Shown here piece by piece: positions 1 through 11,449 of a stretch of 64,000 bases of DNA. A model generated the notes under the pieces. It worked only from the letters and a program-made list of their open reading frames with translations, searched no databases and was not told where the DNA came from. The position numbers and the translations under genes are program-made. Position 1 is the first letter of the stretch; each line of letters begins with the position of its first letter. The stretch is from Eledone cirrhosa (taxonomy: Eukaryota): NCBI GenBank assembly GCA_964016885.1, contig OZ024743.1:139128001-139192000 (forward strand), in the 5' to 3' direction.

Positions 1-3000
1 GTTGTTTGGTCCTTGGTGCTTGGTGCTTGGTGCTTGGTGCTTGCTGTTTGGTGTTTGGTGTTTGGTTCTTGGTGCTTGGTGTTTGGTGTTTGGTGTTTGG
101 TGCTTGGTGCTTGGTGCTTGGTGTTTGGTGCTTGGTGCTTGGTGATTAGTGTTTGGTGATTGGTGCTTGGGGTTTGGTGTTTGGTGCTTGGTGTTTGGTG
201 CTTGGTGCTTGCTGTTTGGTGTTTGGTGTTTGGTTCTTGGTGCTTGGTGTTTGGTGTTTGGTGTTTGGTGCTTGGTGCTTGGTGCTTGGTGTTTGGTGCT
301 TGGTGCTTGGTGCTTGGTGTTTGGTGCTGCGTGCTTGGTGTTTGGTGTTTGGTGCTTGGTGCCTGGGGCTTGTTGTTTGGTGTTTGGTGCTTAGTGCTTG
401 GTGTTTGGTGTTTGGTGCTTGGTGCTTGGTGGCTGGTGCTTGGTGCTTGGTGTTTGGAGTTTGGTGCTTGGTGCTTGGTGCCTCGTGTTTCGTGCTTGGT
501 GCTTGGTGCTTGGTGTTTGGTGTTTGGTGTTTGGTGTTTGGTGTTTGGTACTTGGTGCTTGGTGCTTGGTGTTTGGTGCTTGGTGTTTGGTGATTGGTGC
601 TTGGTGCTTGGTGCTTGGTGCTTGGTGTTAGGTGTTTGGTCCTTGGTGCTTGTTGTTTGGTGTTTTGTGCTTGGTGCTTGGCGTTTGGTTTTTGGCGCTA
701 GGGGCTTGGTGCTTGATGCTTGGTGTTTGGTGCTTGGTGCGTGGGACTTAGTGTTTGGTGTTTGGTGTTTGGTGTTTGGTGCTTGGTGTTTGGTGCTTGG
801 TGCTTGGTGTTTGGTGTTTGGTGCTTAGTGCTTGGGGCTTGGTGTTTGGTGCTTGGTGTTTGGTGTTTGGTGCTTGGTGCTTGGTGTTTGGCGCTTGGTG
901 CTTGGTGCTTGGTGTTTGGTGCTTGGTGCTTGGTGCTTGGTGCTTGGTGATTAGTGTTTGGTGCTTGGTGCTTGGTGCCTGGTGCTTGGTGCTTGGTGCT
1001 TGTTGTTTGGTGCTTGGTGTTTGGTGCTTGGTGTTTGGTGCTTGGTGCTTGGTGTTTGGTGTTTGGTGCTTGGGGCTTGGTCTTTGGTGCTTAGTGTTTG
1101 GTGCTTGGTGTTTGGTGCTTGGTGCTTGGTGCTTGGTGTTTGGTGTTTGGTGTTTGGTGCTTGGTGTTTGGTGCTTGGTGCTTGGTGCTGGGTGGTTGGT
1201 GTTTGGTGTTTGGTGCTTGGTGCTTCGTGCTTATTGTTTGGTGCTTGGTGCTTGGTGCTTGGTGCTTGGTCTTTGGTGCTTGGTGTTTGGTGTTTGGTAC
1301 TTGGTGCCTGGTGTTTGGCGCTTGGTGCTTGGTGCTTGGTGTTTGGTGCTTGGTGTTTGGTGCTTGGTGATTAGTGTTTGGTGCTTGGTGCTTGGTGCCT
1401 GGTGCTTGGTGCTTGGTGCTTGATGTTTGGTGCTTGGTGCTTGGTGATTAGTGTTTGGTGCTTGGTGCTTTGGGTTTGGTGTTTGGTGCTTGGGGTTTGG
1501 TGTTTGGTGCTTGGTGCTTGGTGTTTGGTGCTTGGTGCTTGGTGTTTGGTGCTTGGTGCTTTGTGTTTGGTGCTTGGTGTTTGGTGCTTGGTGCTTGGTG
1601 CTTGGTTCTTGGTGTTAGGTGTTTGGTGCTTGGTGATTGGTGTTTGATGTTAGGTTCTTGGTGCTTGGTGTTTAGTGCTTGCTGCTTGGTGCTTGGTGTT
1701 TTGTGTTTGGAGTTTGGTGCTTGGTGTTTGGTGCTTCGGTCTTGGTGTTTGGTGTTTGGTGCTTGGTGCCTGGGGCTTGTTGTTTGGTGTTTGGTGCTTA
1801 GTGCTTGGTGTTTGGTGTTTGGTGCTTGGTGCTTGGTGGCTGGTGCTTGGTGCTTGGTGTTTGCAGTTTGGTGCTTGGTGCTTGGTGCCTGGTGTTTCGT
1901 GCTTGGTGCTTGGTGCTTGGTGTTTGGTGTTTGGTGCTTGGTGTTTGGTGTTTGGTACTTGGTGCTTGGTGCTTGGTGTTTGGTGCTTGGTGTTTGGTGC
2001 TTGGTGCTTGGTGCTTGGTGCTTGGTGTCAGTTGTTTGGTGCTTGGTGCTTGGTGTTTGATGTTTGGTCCTTGGTGCTTGTTGTTTGGTGTTTGGTGCTT
2101 CGTGCTTGGTGTTTGGTGTTTGGTGCTTGCTGCTTGCTGCTTGGTGTTTGGTGCTTGGTGATTGGTGCTTGGTGTTTTGTGCTTGGTGCTTGGTGTTTGG
2201 TGTTTGCTGCTAGGGGCTTGGTGCTTGATGCTTGGTGTTTGGTGCTTGGTGCTTGCTGTTTGGTGTTTGGTGCTTGGTGCGTGGGACTTAGTGTTTGGTG
2301 TTTGGTGCTTGGTGTTTGGTGCTTGGTGCTTGGTGTTTGGTGCTTAGTGTTTGGTGCTTGGTGTTTGGTGCTTGGTGCTTGGTGCTTGGTGTTTGGTGTT
2401 TGGTGTTTGGTGCTTGGTGTTTGGTGCTTGTTGCTTGGTGCTGGGTGGTTGGTGTTTGGTGTTTGGTGCTTGGTGCTTGGTGCTTATTGTTTGGTGCTTG
2501 GTGCTTGGTGCTTGGTGCTTGGTCTTTGGTGCTTGGTGTTTGGTGTTTGGTGCTTGGTGCCTGGTGTTTGGCGCTTGGTGCTTGGTGCTTGGTGTTTGGT
2601 GCTTGGTGTTTGGTGCTTGGTGATTAGTGTTTGGTGCTTGGTGCTTGGTGCCTGGTGCTTGGTGCTTGGTGCTTGATGTTTGGTGCTTGGTGATTAGTGT
2701 TTGGTGCTTGGTGCTTTGGGTTTGGTGTTTGGTGCTTGGGGTTTGGTGTTTGGTGCTTGGTGCTTGGTGTTTGGTGCTTGGTGCTTGGTGTTTGGTGCTT
2801 GGTGCTTTGTGTTTGGTGCTTGGTGTTTGGTGCTTGGTGCTTGGTGCTTGGTGCTTGGTGTTAGGTGTTTGGTGCTTGATGATTGGTGTTTGATGTTAGG
2901 TTCTTGGTGCTTGGTGTTTGGTGCTTGGTGCTTGGTGCTTGGTGTTTGGTGTTTGGTGCTTGCTGCTTGGTGCTTGGTGTTTTGTGTTTGGATTTTGGTG

Positions 3001-4529
3001 CTTGGTGTTTGGTGCTTCGGTCTTGGTGTTTGGTGTTTGGTGCTTGGTGCTTGGTGTTTGGTGTTTGGTGCCTGGTGCTTGGTGTTCGGTGCTTGGTGTT
3101 TGGTGTTTGGTGATTGGTGCTTGGTGTTTGGTGCTTGGTGCTTGGTGCTTGGTGCTTGGTGTTAGGCGTTTGGTGCTTGGTGCTTGGTGTTTGATGTTTG
3201 GTCCATTGTGCTTGGTGTTTGGTATTTTGTGCTTGGTGCTTGGTGTTTGGTGTTTGGTGCTTGGTGCTTGGTGTTTGGTGTTTGGTGCTTGCTGCTTGCT
3301 GCTTGGTGTTTGGTGCTAGGGGCTTGGTGCTTGGTGTTTCGTATTTGGTGCTTGGTGCTTGGTGTTTGGTGTTTGGTGCTTGGTGCGTGGGACTTGGTCT
3401 TTGGTGCTTGGTGTTTGGTGCTTGGTGTTTGGTGCTTGGTGCCGGGTGCTTGGTGTTTGGTGTTTGGTGCTTGGTGTTTGGTGCTTGTTGTTTGGTGCTT
3501 GGTGTTCGGTGCTTGGTGCTTGGTGCTTGGTGCTTGGTGTTTGGTGTTTGGTGCTTGGTGATTGGTGTTTGATGTTTGGTCCTTGGTGCTTGGTGTTTGG
3601 TGTTGTGTGCTTGGTGATTGGTGCTTGGTGTTTGGTGCTTGGTTCTTGGTGCTTGGTGTTTGGCGTTTGCTGTTTGCTGTTTGGTGGTTGGTGTTTGCTG
3701 TTTGGTGTTTGCTGTTTGGTGTTTGGTGTTTGGTGCTTGCTGTTTGGTGCTTGGTGCTTGGTGTTTGGTGTTTGGTGCTTGGTGTTTGGTGCTTGGTGCT
3801 TGGTGCTGGGTGTTTGGTACTTGGTGCTTGGTGTTTGGTGCTTGGTGCTTGGTGCTTGGTGTTTGGTCCTTGGTGCTTGGTGCTTGGTTTTTGGTGCTTG
3901 GGTTTTGGTCTTTGGTGCTTGGTGCTTGGTGTTTGGTGCTTGGTGCTTGGTGCTTGGTGTTTGGTGCTTGCTGCTTGGTGCTTGGTGTTTGGTGCTTGGT
4001 GCTTGGTGATTAGTGTTTGGTGATTGGTGCTTGGGGTTTGGTGTTTAGGGCTTGGTGTTGGTGCTTGGTGCTTGCTGTTTGGTGTTTGGTGCTGGGTGTT
4101 AGGTGCTTGGTGCTTGGTCTTTGGTGCTTGGTGCTTGGTGCTTGGTGCTTGGTGTTTGGTGCTTGGTGCTTGGTGCTTGGTGCTTGCTGTTTGGTGTTTG
4201 GTGTTTGGTTCTTGGTGCTTGGTGTTTGGTGTTTGGTGTTTGGTGCTTGGTGCTTGGTGCTTGGTGTTTGGTGCTTGGGGTTTGGTGTTTGGTGCTTGGT
4301 GTTTGGTGCTTGGTGCATGCTGTTTGGTGTTTGGTGTTTGGTTCTTGGTGTTTGGTGTTTGGTATTTGGTGTTTGGTGCTTGGTGCTTGGTGCTTGGTGT
4401 TTGGTGCTTGGTGCTTGGTGCTTGGTGTTTTGTGTTTGGTGCTTGGTACTTGGTGATTAGTGTTTGGTGCTTGGTGCTTGCGGTTTGGTGTTTGGTGCTT
4501 GGGGTTTGGTGTTTGGTGCTTGGTGCTTG

Positions 4530-5110
4530 CTGCTTGGTGCTTGGTGTTTGGTGCTTGGTGCTTGGTGTTTGGTGTTTGGTGCTTGGGGTTTGGTGTTTGG
4601 TGCTTGGTGCTTGGAGTTTGGTGCTTGGTGCTTGGTGTTTGGAGTTTGGTGCTTGGTGCTTGGTGCCTGGTGCTTGTTGTTTGGTGTTTGGTGCTTAGTG
4701 GTTGGTGTTTGGTGTTTGGTGCTTGGTGTTTGGTGGCTGGTGTTTGGTGCTTGGTGTTTGGAGTTTGGTGTTTGGTGCTTGGTGCCTGGTGTTTCGTGCT
4801 TGGTGCTTGGTGCTTGGTGTCTGGTGTTTGGTGCTTGGTGCTTGGTGTTTGGTGTTTGGTGCTTGGGGTTTGGTGTTTGGTGCTTGGTGCTTGGAGTTTG
4901 GTGCTTGGTGCTTGGTGTTTGGAGTTTGGTGCTTGGTGCTTGGTGCCTGGTGCTTGTTGTTTGGTGTTTGGTGCTTAGTGGTTGGTGTTTGGTGTTTGGT
5001 GCTTGGTGCTTGGTGGCTGGTGTTTGGTGCTTGGTGTTTGGAGTTTGGTGTTTGGTGCTTGGTGCCTGGTGTTTCGTGCTTGGTGCTTGGTGCTTGGTGT
5101 CTGGTGTTTG
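4530..5110 (+). repeat. Local 280-bp (40-unit) tandem duplication within the satellite
   Basis: The landmark CTTAGTGGTTGG and flanking variants recur at about 4694 and 4974. Matching ORF starts at 4702 and 4982 give an offset of 280 = 40x7. Confidence 0.85.
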
Positions 5111-8100
5111 GTGCTTGGTGTTTGGTGTTTGGTACTTGGTGCTTGGTGCTTGGTGCTTGGTGTTTGGTGCTTGGTGTTTGATGCTGCGTGCTTGGTGTTT
5201 GGTGTTTGGTGCTTGGTGCTTGGTGTTTGGTATTTGGAGCTTGGTGCCTGGTGCTTGTTGTTTGGTGTTTGGTGCTTGGTGCTTGGTGTTTGGTGTTTGG
5301 CGTTTGGTGCTTGGTGCTTGGTATCTGGTGTTTGGTGCTTGATGTTTGGTGTTTGGTGCTTGGTGCTTGGTGTTTGGTGTTTGGTGCTTGGTGCTTGGTG
5401 TTTGGTGCTTGGTGTTTGGTGTTTGGTGTTTGATGCTTGGTGTTTGCTGCTTGGTGCTTGGTGCTTGGTGTTTTGTGTTTGGTGCTTGGTGCTTGGTGCC
5501 TGCTGCTTGGTGCTTGGTGCTTGTTGTTTGGTGCTTGGTGCTTGGTGATTAGTGTTTGGTGCTTGGTGCTTGCGGTTTGGTGTTTGGTGCTTGGGGTTTG
5601 GTGTTTGGTGCTTGGTGCTTGGTGTTTGGTGCTTGGTGCTTGGTGCTTGGTGTTTGGTGCTTGGTGCTTGGTGATTGGTGCTTGGTGCTTGGTGTTTGGT
5701 GTTTGGCGTTTGCTGTTTGCTGTTTGGTGTTTGGTGTTTGCTGTTTGGTGTTTGCTGTTTGGTGTTTGGTGTTTGGTGCTTGCTGTTTGGTGCTTGGTGC
5801 TTGGTGTTTGGTGTTTGGTCTTTGGTGCTTGGTGCTTGATGTTTGGTGCTTGGTGCTTGGTGCTGGGTGTTTGGTGCTTGGTGCTTGGTGTTTGGTGCTT
5901 GGTGCTCGGTGCCTGGTGTTTGGTCCTTGGTGCTTGGTGCTTGGTGCTTGGTGCTTGCTGTTTGGTGTTTGGTGTTTGGTTCTTGGTGCTTGGTGTTTGG
6001 TGTTTGGTGCTTGGTGCTTGGTGTCTGGTGTTTGGTGCTTGGTGCTTGGTGTTTGGTGTTTGGTGCTTGGGGTTTGGTGTTTGGTGCTTGGTGCTTGGAG
6101 TTTGGTGCTTGGTGCTTGGTGTTTGGAGTTTGGTGCTTGGTGCTTGGTGCCTGGTGCTTGTTGTTTGGTGTTTGGTGCTTAGTGGTTGGTGTTTGGTGTT
6201 TGGTGCTTGGTGCTTGGTGGCTGGTGTTTGGTGCTTGGTGTTTGGAGTTTGGTGTTTGGTGCTTGGTGCCTGGTGTTTCGTGCTTGGTGCTTGGTGCTTG
6301 GTGTCTGGTGTTTGGTGCTTGGTGTTTGGTGTTTGGTACTTGGTGCTTGGTGCTTGGTGCTTGGTGTTTGGTGCTTGGTGTTTGATGCTGCGTGCTTGGT
6401 GTTTGGTGTTTGGTGCTTGGTGCTTGGTGTTTGGTATTTGGAGCTTGGTGCCTGGTGCTTGTTGTTTGGTGTTTGGTGCTTGGTGCTTGGTGTTTGGTGT
6501 TTGGCGTTTGGTGCTTGGTGCTTGGTATCTGGTGTTTGGTGCTTGATGTTTGGTGTTTGGTTCTTGGTGCTTGGTGTTTGGTGTTTGGTGCTTGGTGCTT
6601 GGTGTTTGGTGCTTGGTGTTTGGTGTTTGGTGTTTGATGCTTGGTGTTTGCTGCTTGGTGCTTGGTGCTTGGTGTTTTGTGTTTGGTGCTTGGTGCTTGG
6701 TGCCTGCTGCTTGGTGCTTGGTGCTTGTTGTTTGGTGCTTGGTGCTTGGTGATTAGTGTTTGGTGCTTGGTGCTTGCGGTTTGGTGTTTGGTGCTTGGGG
6801 TTTGGTGTTTGGTGCTTGGTGCTTGGTGTTTGGTGCTTGGTGCTTGGTGCTTGGTGTTTGGTGCTTGGTGCTTGGTGATTGGTGCTTGGTGCTTGGTGTT
6901 TGGTGTTTGGCGTTTGCTGTTTGCTGTTTGGTGTTTGGTGTTTGCTGTTTGGTGTTTGCTGTTTGGTGTTTGGTGTTTGGTGCTTGCTGTTTGGTGCTTG
7001 GTGCTTGGTGTTTGGTGTTTGGTGTTTGGTGCTTGGTGCTTGGTGTTTGGTGCTTGGTGCTTGGTGCTTGGTGTTTGGTGCTTGGTGCTTGGTGTTTGGT
7101 GCTTGGTGCTTGGTGCCTGGTGTTTGGTCCTTGGTGCTTGGTGCTTGGTGCTTGGTGCTTGCTGTTTGGTGTTTGGTGTTTGGTTCTTGGTTCTTGGTGT
7201 TTGGTGTTTGGTGTTTGGTGCCTGGTGCTTGGTGCTTGGTGTTTGGTGCTTGGTGCTTGGTGATTAGTGTTTGGTGATTGGTGCTTGGGGTTTGGTGTTT
7301 GGTGCTTGGTGTTTGGTGCTTGTTGTTTGGTGCTTGGTGTTCGGTGCTTGGTGCTTGGTGCTTGGTGCTTGGTGTTTGGTGTTTGGTGCTTGGTGATTGG
7401 TGTTTGATGTTTGGTCCTTGGTGCTTGGTGTTTGGTGTTGTGTGCTTGGTGATTGGTGCTTGGTGTTTGGTGCTTGGTTCTTGGTGCTTGGTGTTTGGCG
7501 TTTGCTGTTTGCTGTTTGGTGGTTGGTGTTTGCTGTTTGGTGTTTGCTGTTTGGTGTTTGGTGTTTGGTGCTTGCTGTTTGGTGCTTGGTGCTTGGTGTT
7601 TGGTGTTTGGTGCTTGGTGTTTGGTGCTTGGTGCTTGGTGCTGGGTGTTTGGTGCTTGGTGCTTGGTGTTTGGTGCTTGGTGCTTGGTGCTTGGTGTTTG
7701 GTCCTTGGTGCTTGGTGCTTGGTCTTTGGTGCTTGGGTTTTGGTCTTTGGTGTTTGGTGCTTGGTGTTTGGTGTTTGGTGTTTGATGCTTGGTGTTTGCT
7801 GCTTGGTGCTTGGTGCTTGGTGTTTTGTGTTTGGTGCTTGGTGCTTGGTGCCTGCTGCTTGGTGCTTGGTGCTTGTTGTTTGGTGCTTGGTGCTTGGTGA
7901 TTAGTGTTTGGTGCTTGGTGCTTGCGGTTTGGTGTTTGGTGCTTGGGGTTTGGTGTTTGGTGCTTGGTGCTTGGTGTTTGGTGCTTGGTGCTTGGTGCTT
8001 GGTGTTTGGTGCTTGGTGCTTGGTGATTGGTGCTTGGTGCTTGGTGTTTGGTGTTTGGCGTTTGCTGTTTGCTGTTTGGTGTTTGGTGTTTGCTGTTTGG

Positions 8101-10830
8101 TGTTTGCTGTTTGGTGTTTGGTGTTTGGTGCTTGCTGTTTGGTGCTTGGTGCTTGGTGTTTGGTGTTTGGTGTTTGGTGCTTGGTGCTTGGTGTTTGGTG
8201 CTTGGTGCTTGGTGCTGGGTGTTTGGTGCTTGGTGCTTGGTGTTTGGTGCTTGGTGCTTGGTGCCTGGTGTTTGGTCCTTGGTGCTTGGTGCTTGGTGCT
8301 TGGTGCTTGCTGTTTGGTGTTTGGTGTTTGGTTCTTGGTGCTTGGTGTTTGGTGTTTGGTGCTTGGTGCTTGGTGTCTGGTGTTTGGTGCTTGGTGCTTG
8401 GTGTTTGGTGTTTGGTGCTTGGGGTTTGGTGTTTGGTGCTTGGTGCTTGGAGTTTGGTGCTTGGTGCTTGGTGTTTGGAGTTTGGTGCTTGGTGCTTGGT
8501 GCCTGGTGCTTGTTGTTTGGTGTTTGGTGCTTAGTGGTTGGTGTTTGGTGTTTGGTGCTTGGTGCTTGGTGGCTGGTGTTTGGTGCTTGGTGTTTGGAGT
8601 TTGGTGTTTGGTGCTTGGTGCCTGGTGTTTCGTGCTTGGTGCTTGGTGCTTGGTGTCTGGTGTTTGGTGCTTGGTGTTTGGTGTTTGGTACTTGGTGCTT
8701 GGTGCTTGGTGCTTGGTGTTTGGTGCTTGGTGTTTGATGCTGCGTGCTTGGTGTTTGGTGTTTGGTGCTTGGTGCTTGGTGTTTGGTATTTGGAGCTTGG
8801 TGCCTGGTGCTTGTTGTTTGGTGTTTGGTGCTTGGTGCTTGGTGTTTGGTGTTTGGCGTTTGGTGCTTGGTGCTTGGTATCTGGTGTTTGGTGCTTGATG
8901 TTTGGTGTTTGGTGCTTGGTGCTTGGTGTTTGGTGTTTGGTGCTTGGTGCTTGGTGTTTGGTGCTTGGTGTTTGGTGTTTGGTGTTTGATGCTTGGTGTT
9001 TGCTGCTTGGTGCTTGGTGCTTGGTGTTTTGTGTTTGGTGCTTGGTGCTTGGTGCCTGCTGCTTGGTGCTTGGTGCTTGTTGTTTGGTGCTTGGTGCTTG
9101 GTGATTAGTGTTTGGTGCTTGGTGCTTGCGGTTTGGTGTTTGGTGCTTGGGGTTTGGTGTTTGGTGCTTGGTGCTTGGTGTTTGGTGCTTGGTGCTTGGT
9201 GCTTGGTGTTTGGTGCTTGGTGCTTGGTGATTGGTGCTTGGTGCTTGGTGTTTGGTGTTTGGCGTTTGCTGTTTGCTGTTTGGTGTTTGGTGTTTGCTGT
9301 TTGGTGTTTGCTGTTTGGTGTTTGGTGTTTGGTGCTTGCTGTTTGGTGCTTGGTGCTTGGTGTTTGGTGTTTGGTGTTTGGTGCTTGGTGCTTGGTGTTT
9401 GGTGCTTGGTGCTTGGTGCTGGGTGTTTGGTGCTTGGTGCTTGGTGTTTGGTGCTTGGTGCTTGGTGTCTGGTGTTTGGTCCTTGGTGCTTGGTGCTTGG
9501 TGCTTGGTGCTTGCTGTTTGGTGTTTGGTGTTTGGTTCTTGGTGCTTGGTGTTTGGTGTTTGGTGCTTGGTGCTTGGTGTCTGGTGTTTGGTGCTTGGTG
9601 CTTGGTGTTTGGTGTTTGGTGCTTGGGGTTTGGTGTTTGGTGCTTGGTGCTTGGAGTTTGGTGCTTGGTGCTTGGTGTTTGGAGTTTGGTGCTTGGTGCT
9701 TGGTGCCTGGTGCTTGTTGTTTGGTGTTTGGTGCTTAGTGGTTGGTGTTTGGTGTTTGGTGCTTGGTGCTTGGTGGCTGGTGTTTGGTGCTTGGTGTTTG
9801 GAGTTTGGTGTTTGGTGCTTGGTGCCTGGTGTTTCGTGCTTGGTGCTTGGTGCTTGGTGTCTGGTGTTTGGTGCTTGGTGTTTGGTGTTTGGTACTTGGT
9901 GCTTGGTGCTTGGTGCTTGGTGTTTGGTGCTTGGTGTTTGATGCTGCGTGCTTGGTGTTTGGTGTTTGGTGCTTGGTGCTTGGTGTTTGGTATTTGGAGC
10001 TTGGTGCCTGGTGCTTGTTGTTTGGTGTTTGGTGCTTGGTGCTTGGTGTTTGGTGTTTGGCGTTTGGTGCTTGGTGCTTGGTATCTGGTGTTTGGTGCTT
10101 GATGTTTGGTGTTTGGTGCTTGGTGCTTGGTGTTTGGTGTTTGGTGCTTGGTGCTTGGTGTTTGGTGCTTGGTGTTTGGTGTTTGGTGTTTGATGCTTGG
10201 TGTTTGCTGCTTGGTGCTTGGTGCTTGGTGTTTTGTGTTTGGTGCTTGGTGCTTGGTGCCTGCTGCTTGGTGCTTGGTGCTTGTTGTTTGGTGCTTGGTG
10301 CTTGGTGATTAGTGTTTGGTGCTTGGTGCTTGCGGTTTGGTGTTTGGTGCTTGGGGTTTGGTGTTTGGTGCTTGGTGCTTGGTGTTTGGTGCTTGGTGCT
10401 TGGTGCTTGGTGTTTGGTGCTTGGTGCTTGGTGATTGGTGCTTGGTGCTTGGTGTTTGGTGTTTGGCGTTTGCTGTTTGCTGTTTGGTGTTTGGTGTTTG
10501 CTGTTTGGTGTTTGCTGTTTGGTGTTTGGTGTTTGGTGCTTGCTGTTTGGTGCTTGGTGCTTGGTGTTTGGTGTTTGGTGTTTGGTGCTTGGTGCTTGGT
10601 GTTTGGTGCTTGGTGCTTGGTGCTGGGTGTTTGGTGCTTGGTGCTTGGTGTTTGGTGCTTGGTGCTTGGTGCCTGGTGTTTGGTCCTTGGTGCTTGGTGC
10701 TTGGTGCTTGGTGCTTGCTGTTTGGTGTTTGGTGTTTGGTTCTTGGTGCTTGGTGTTTGGTGTTTGGTGTTTGGTGCCTGGTGCTTGGTGCTTGGTGTTT
10801 GGTGCTTGGTGCTTGGTGATTAGTGTTTGG
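4800..10830 (+). repeat. 1204-bp (172-unit) higher-order repeat, about 4.5 near-identical copies with one interruption near 7270-7750
   Basis: Near-identical ORF translations at 4982/6186, 5437/6641, 7789/8993/10197 and 8538/9742, all offset 1204 = 172x7. The offset 6641->7789 is 1148 across the interruption. Confidence 0.92.
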
Positions 10831-11160
10831 TGATTGGTGCTTGGGGTTTGGTGTTTGGTGCTTGGTGTTTGGTGCTTGGTGTTTGGTGCTTGGTGCTTGG
10901 TGCTGGGTGTTTGGTGCTTGGTGCTTGGTGTTTGGTGCTTGGTGCTTGGTGCCTGGTGTTTGGTCCTTGGTGCTTGGTGCTTGGTGCTTGGTGCTTGCTG
11001 TTTGGTGTTTGGTGTTTGGTTCTTGGTGCTTGGTGTTTGGTGTTTGGTGTTTGGTGCCTGGTGCTTGGTGCTTGGTGTTTGGTGCTTGGTGCTTGGTGAT
11101 TAGTGTTTGGTGATTGGTGCTTGGGGTTTGGTGTTTGGTGCTTGGTGTTTGGTGCTTGGG
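10590..11160 (+). repeat. 280-bp (40-unit) tandem duplication
   Basis: GGTGATTAGTGTTTGGTGATTGG occurs at 10815 and 11095 with identical upstream variants. ORF starts 10823 and 11103 match. Confidence 0.85.
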
Positions 11161-11449
11161 GTTTGGTGTTTGGTGCTTGGTGTTTGGTGCTTGGTGTTTG
11201 GTGCTTGCTGTTTGGTGTTTGGTTCTTGGTGCTTGGTGTTTGGTGTTTGGTGTTTGGTGCTTGGTGCTTGGTGCTTGGTGTTTGGTGCTTGGTGCTTGGT
11301 GCTTGATGTTTGGTGCTGCGTGCTTGGTGTTTGGTGCTTGGTGTTTGGTGCTTGGTGCTTGGTGCTTGGTGCTTGGTGTTTGGTGATTGGTGCTTGGTGC
11401 TTGGTGCTTGGTGTTAGGTGTTTGGTCCTTGGTGCTTGTTGTTTGGTGT

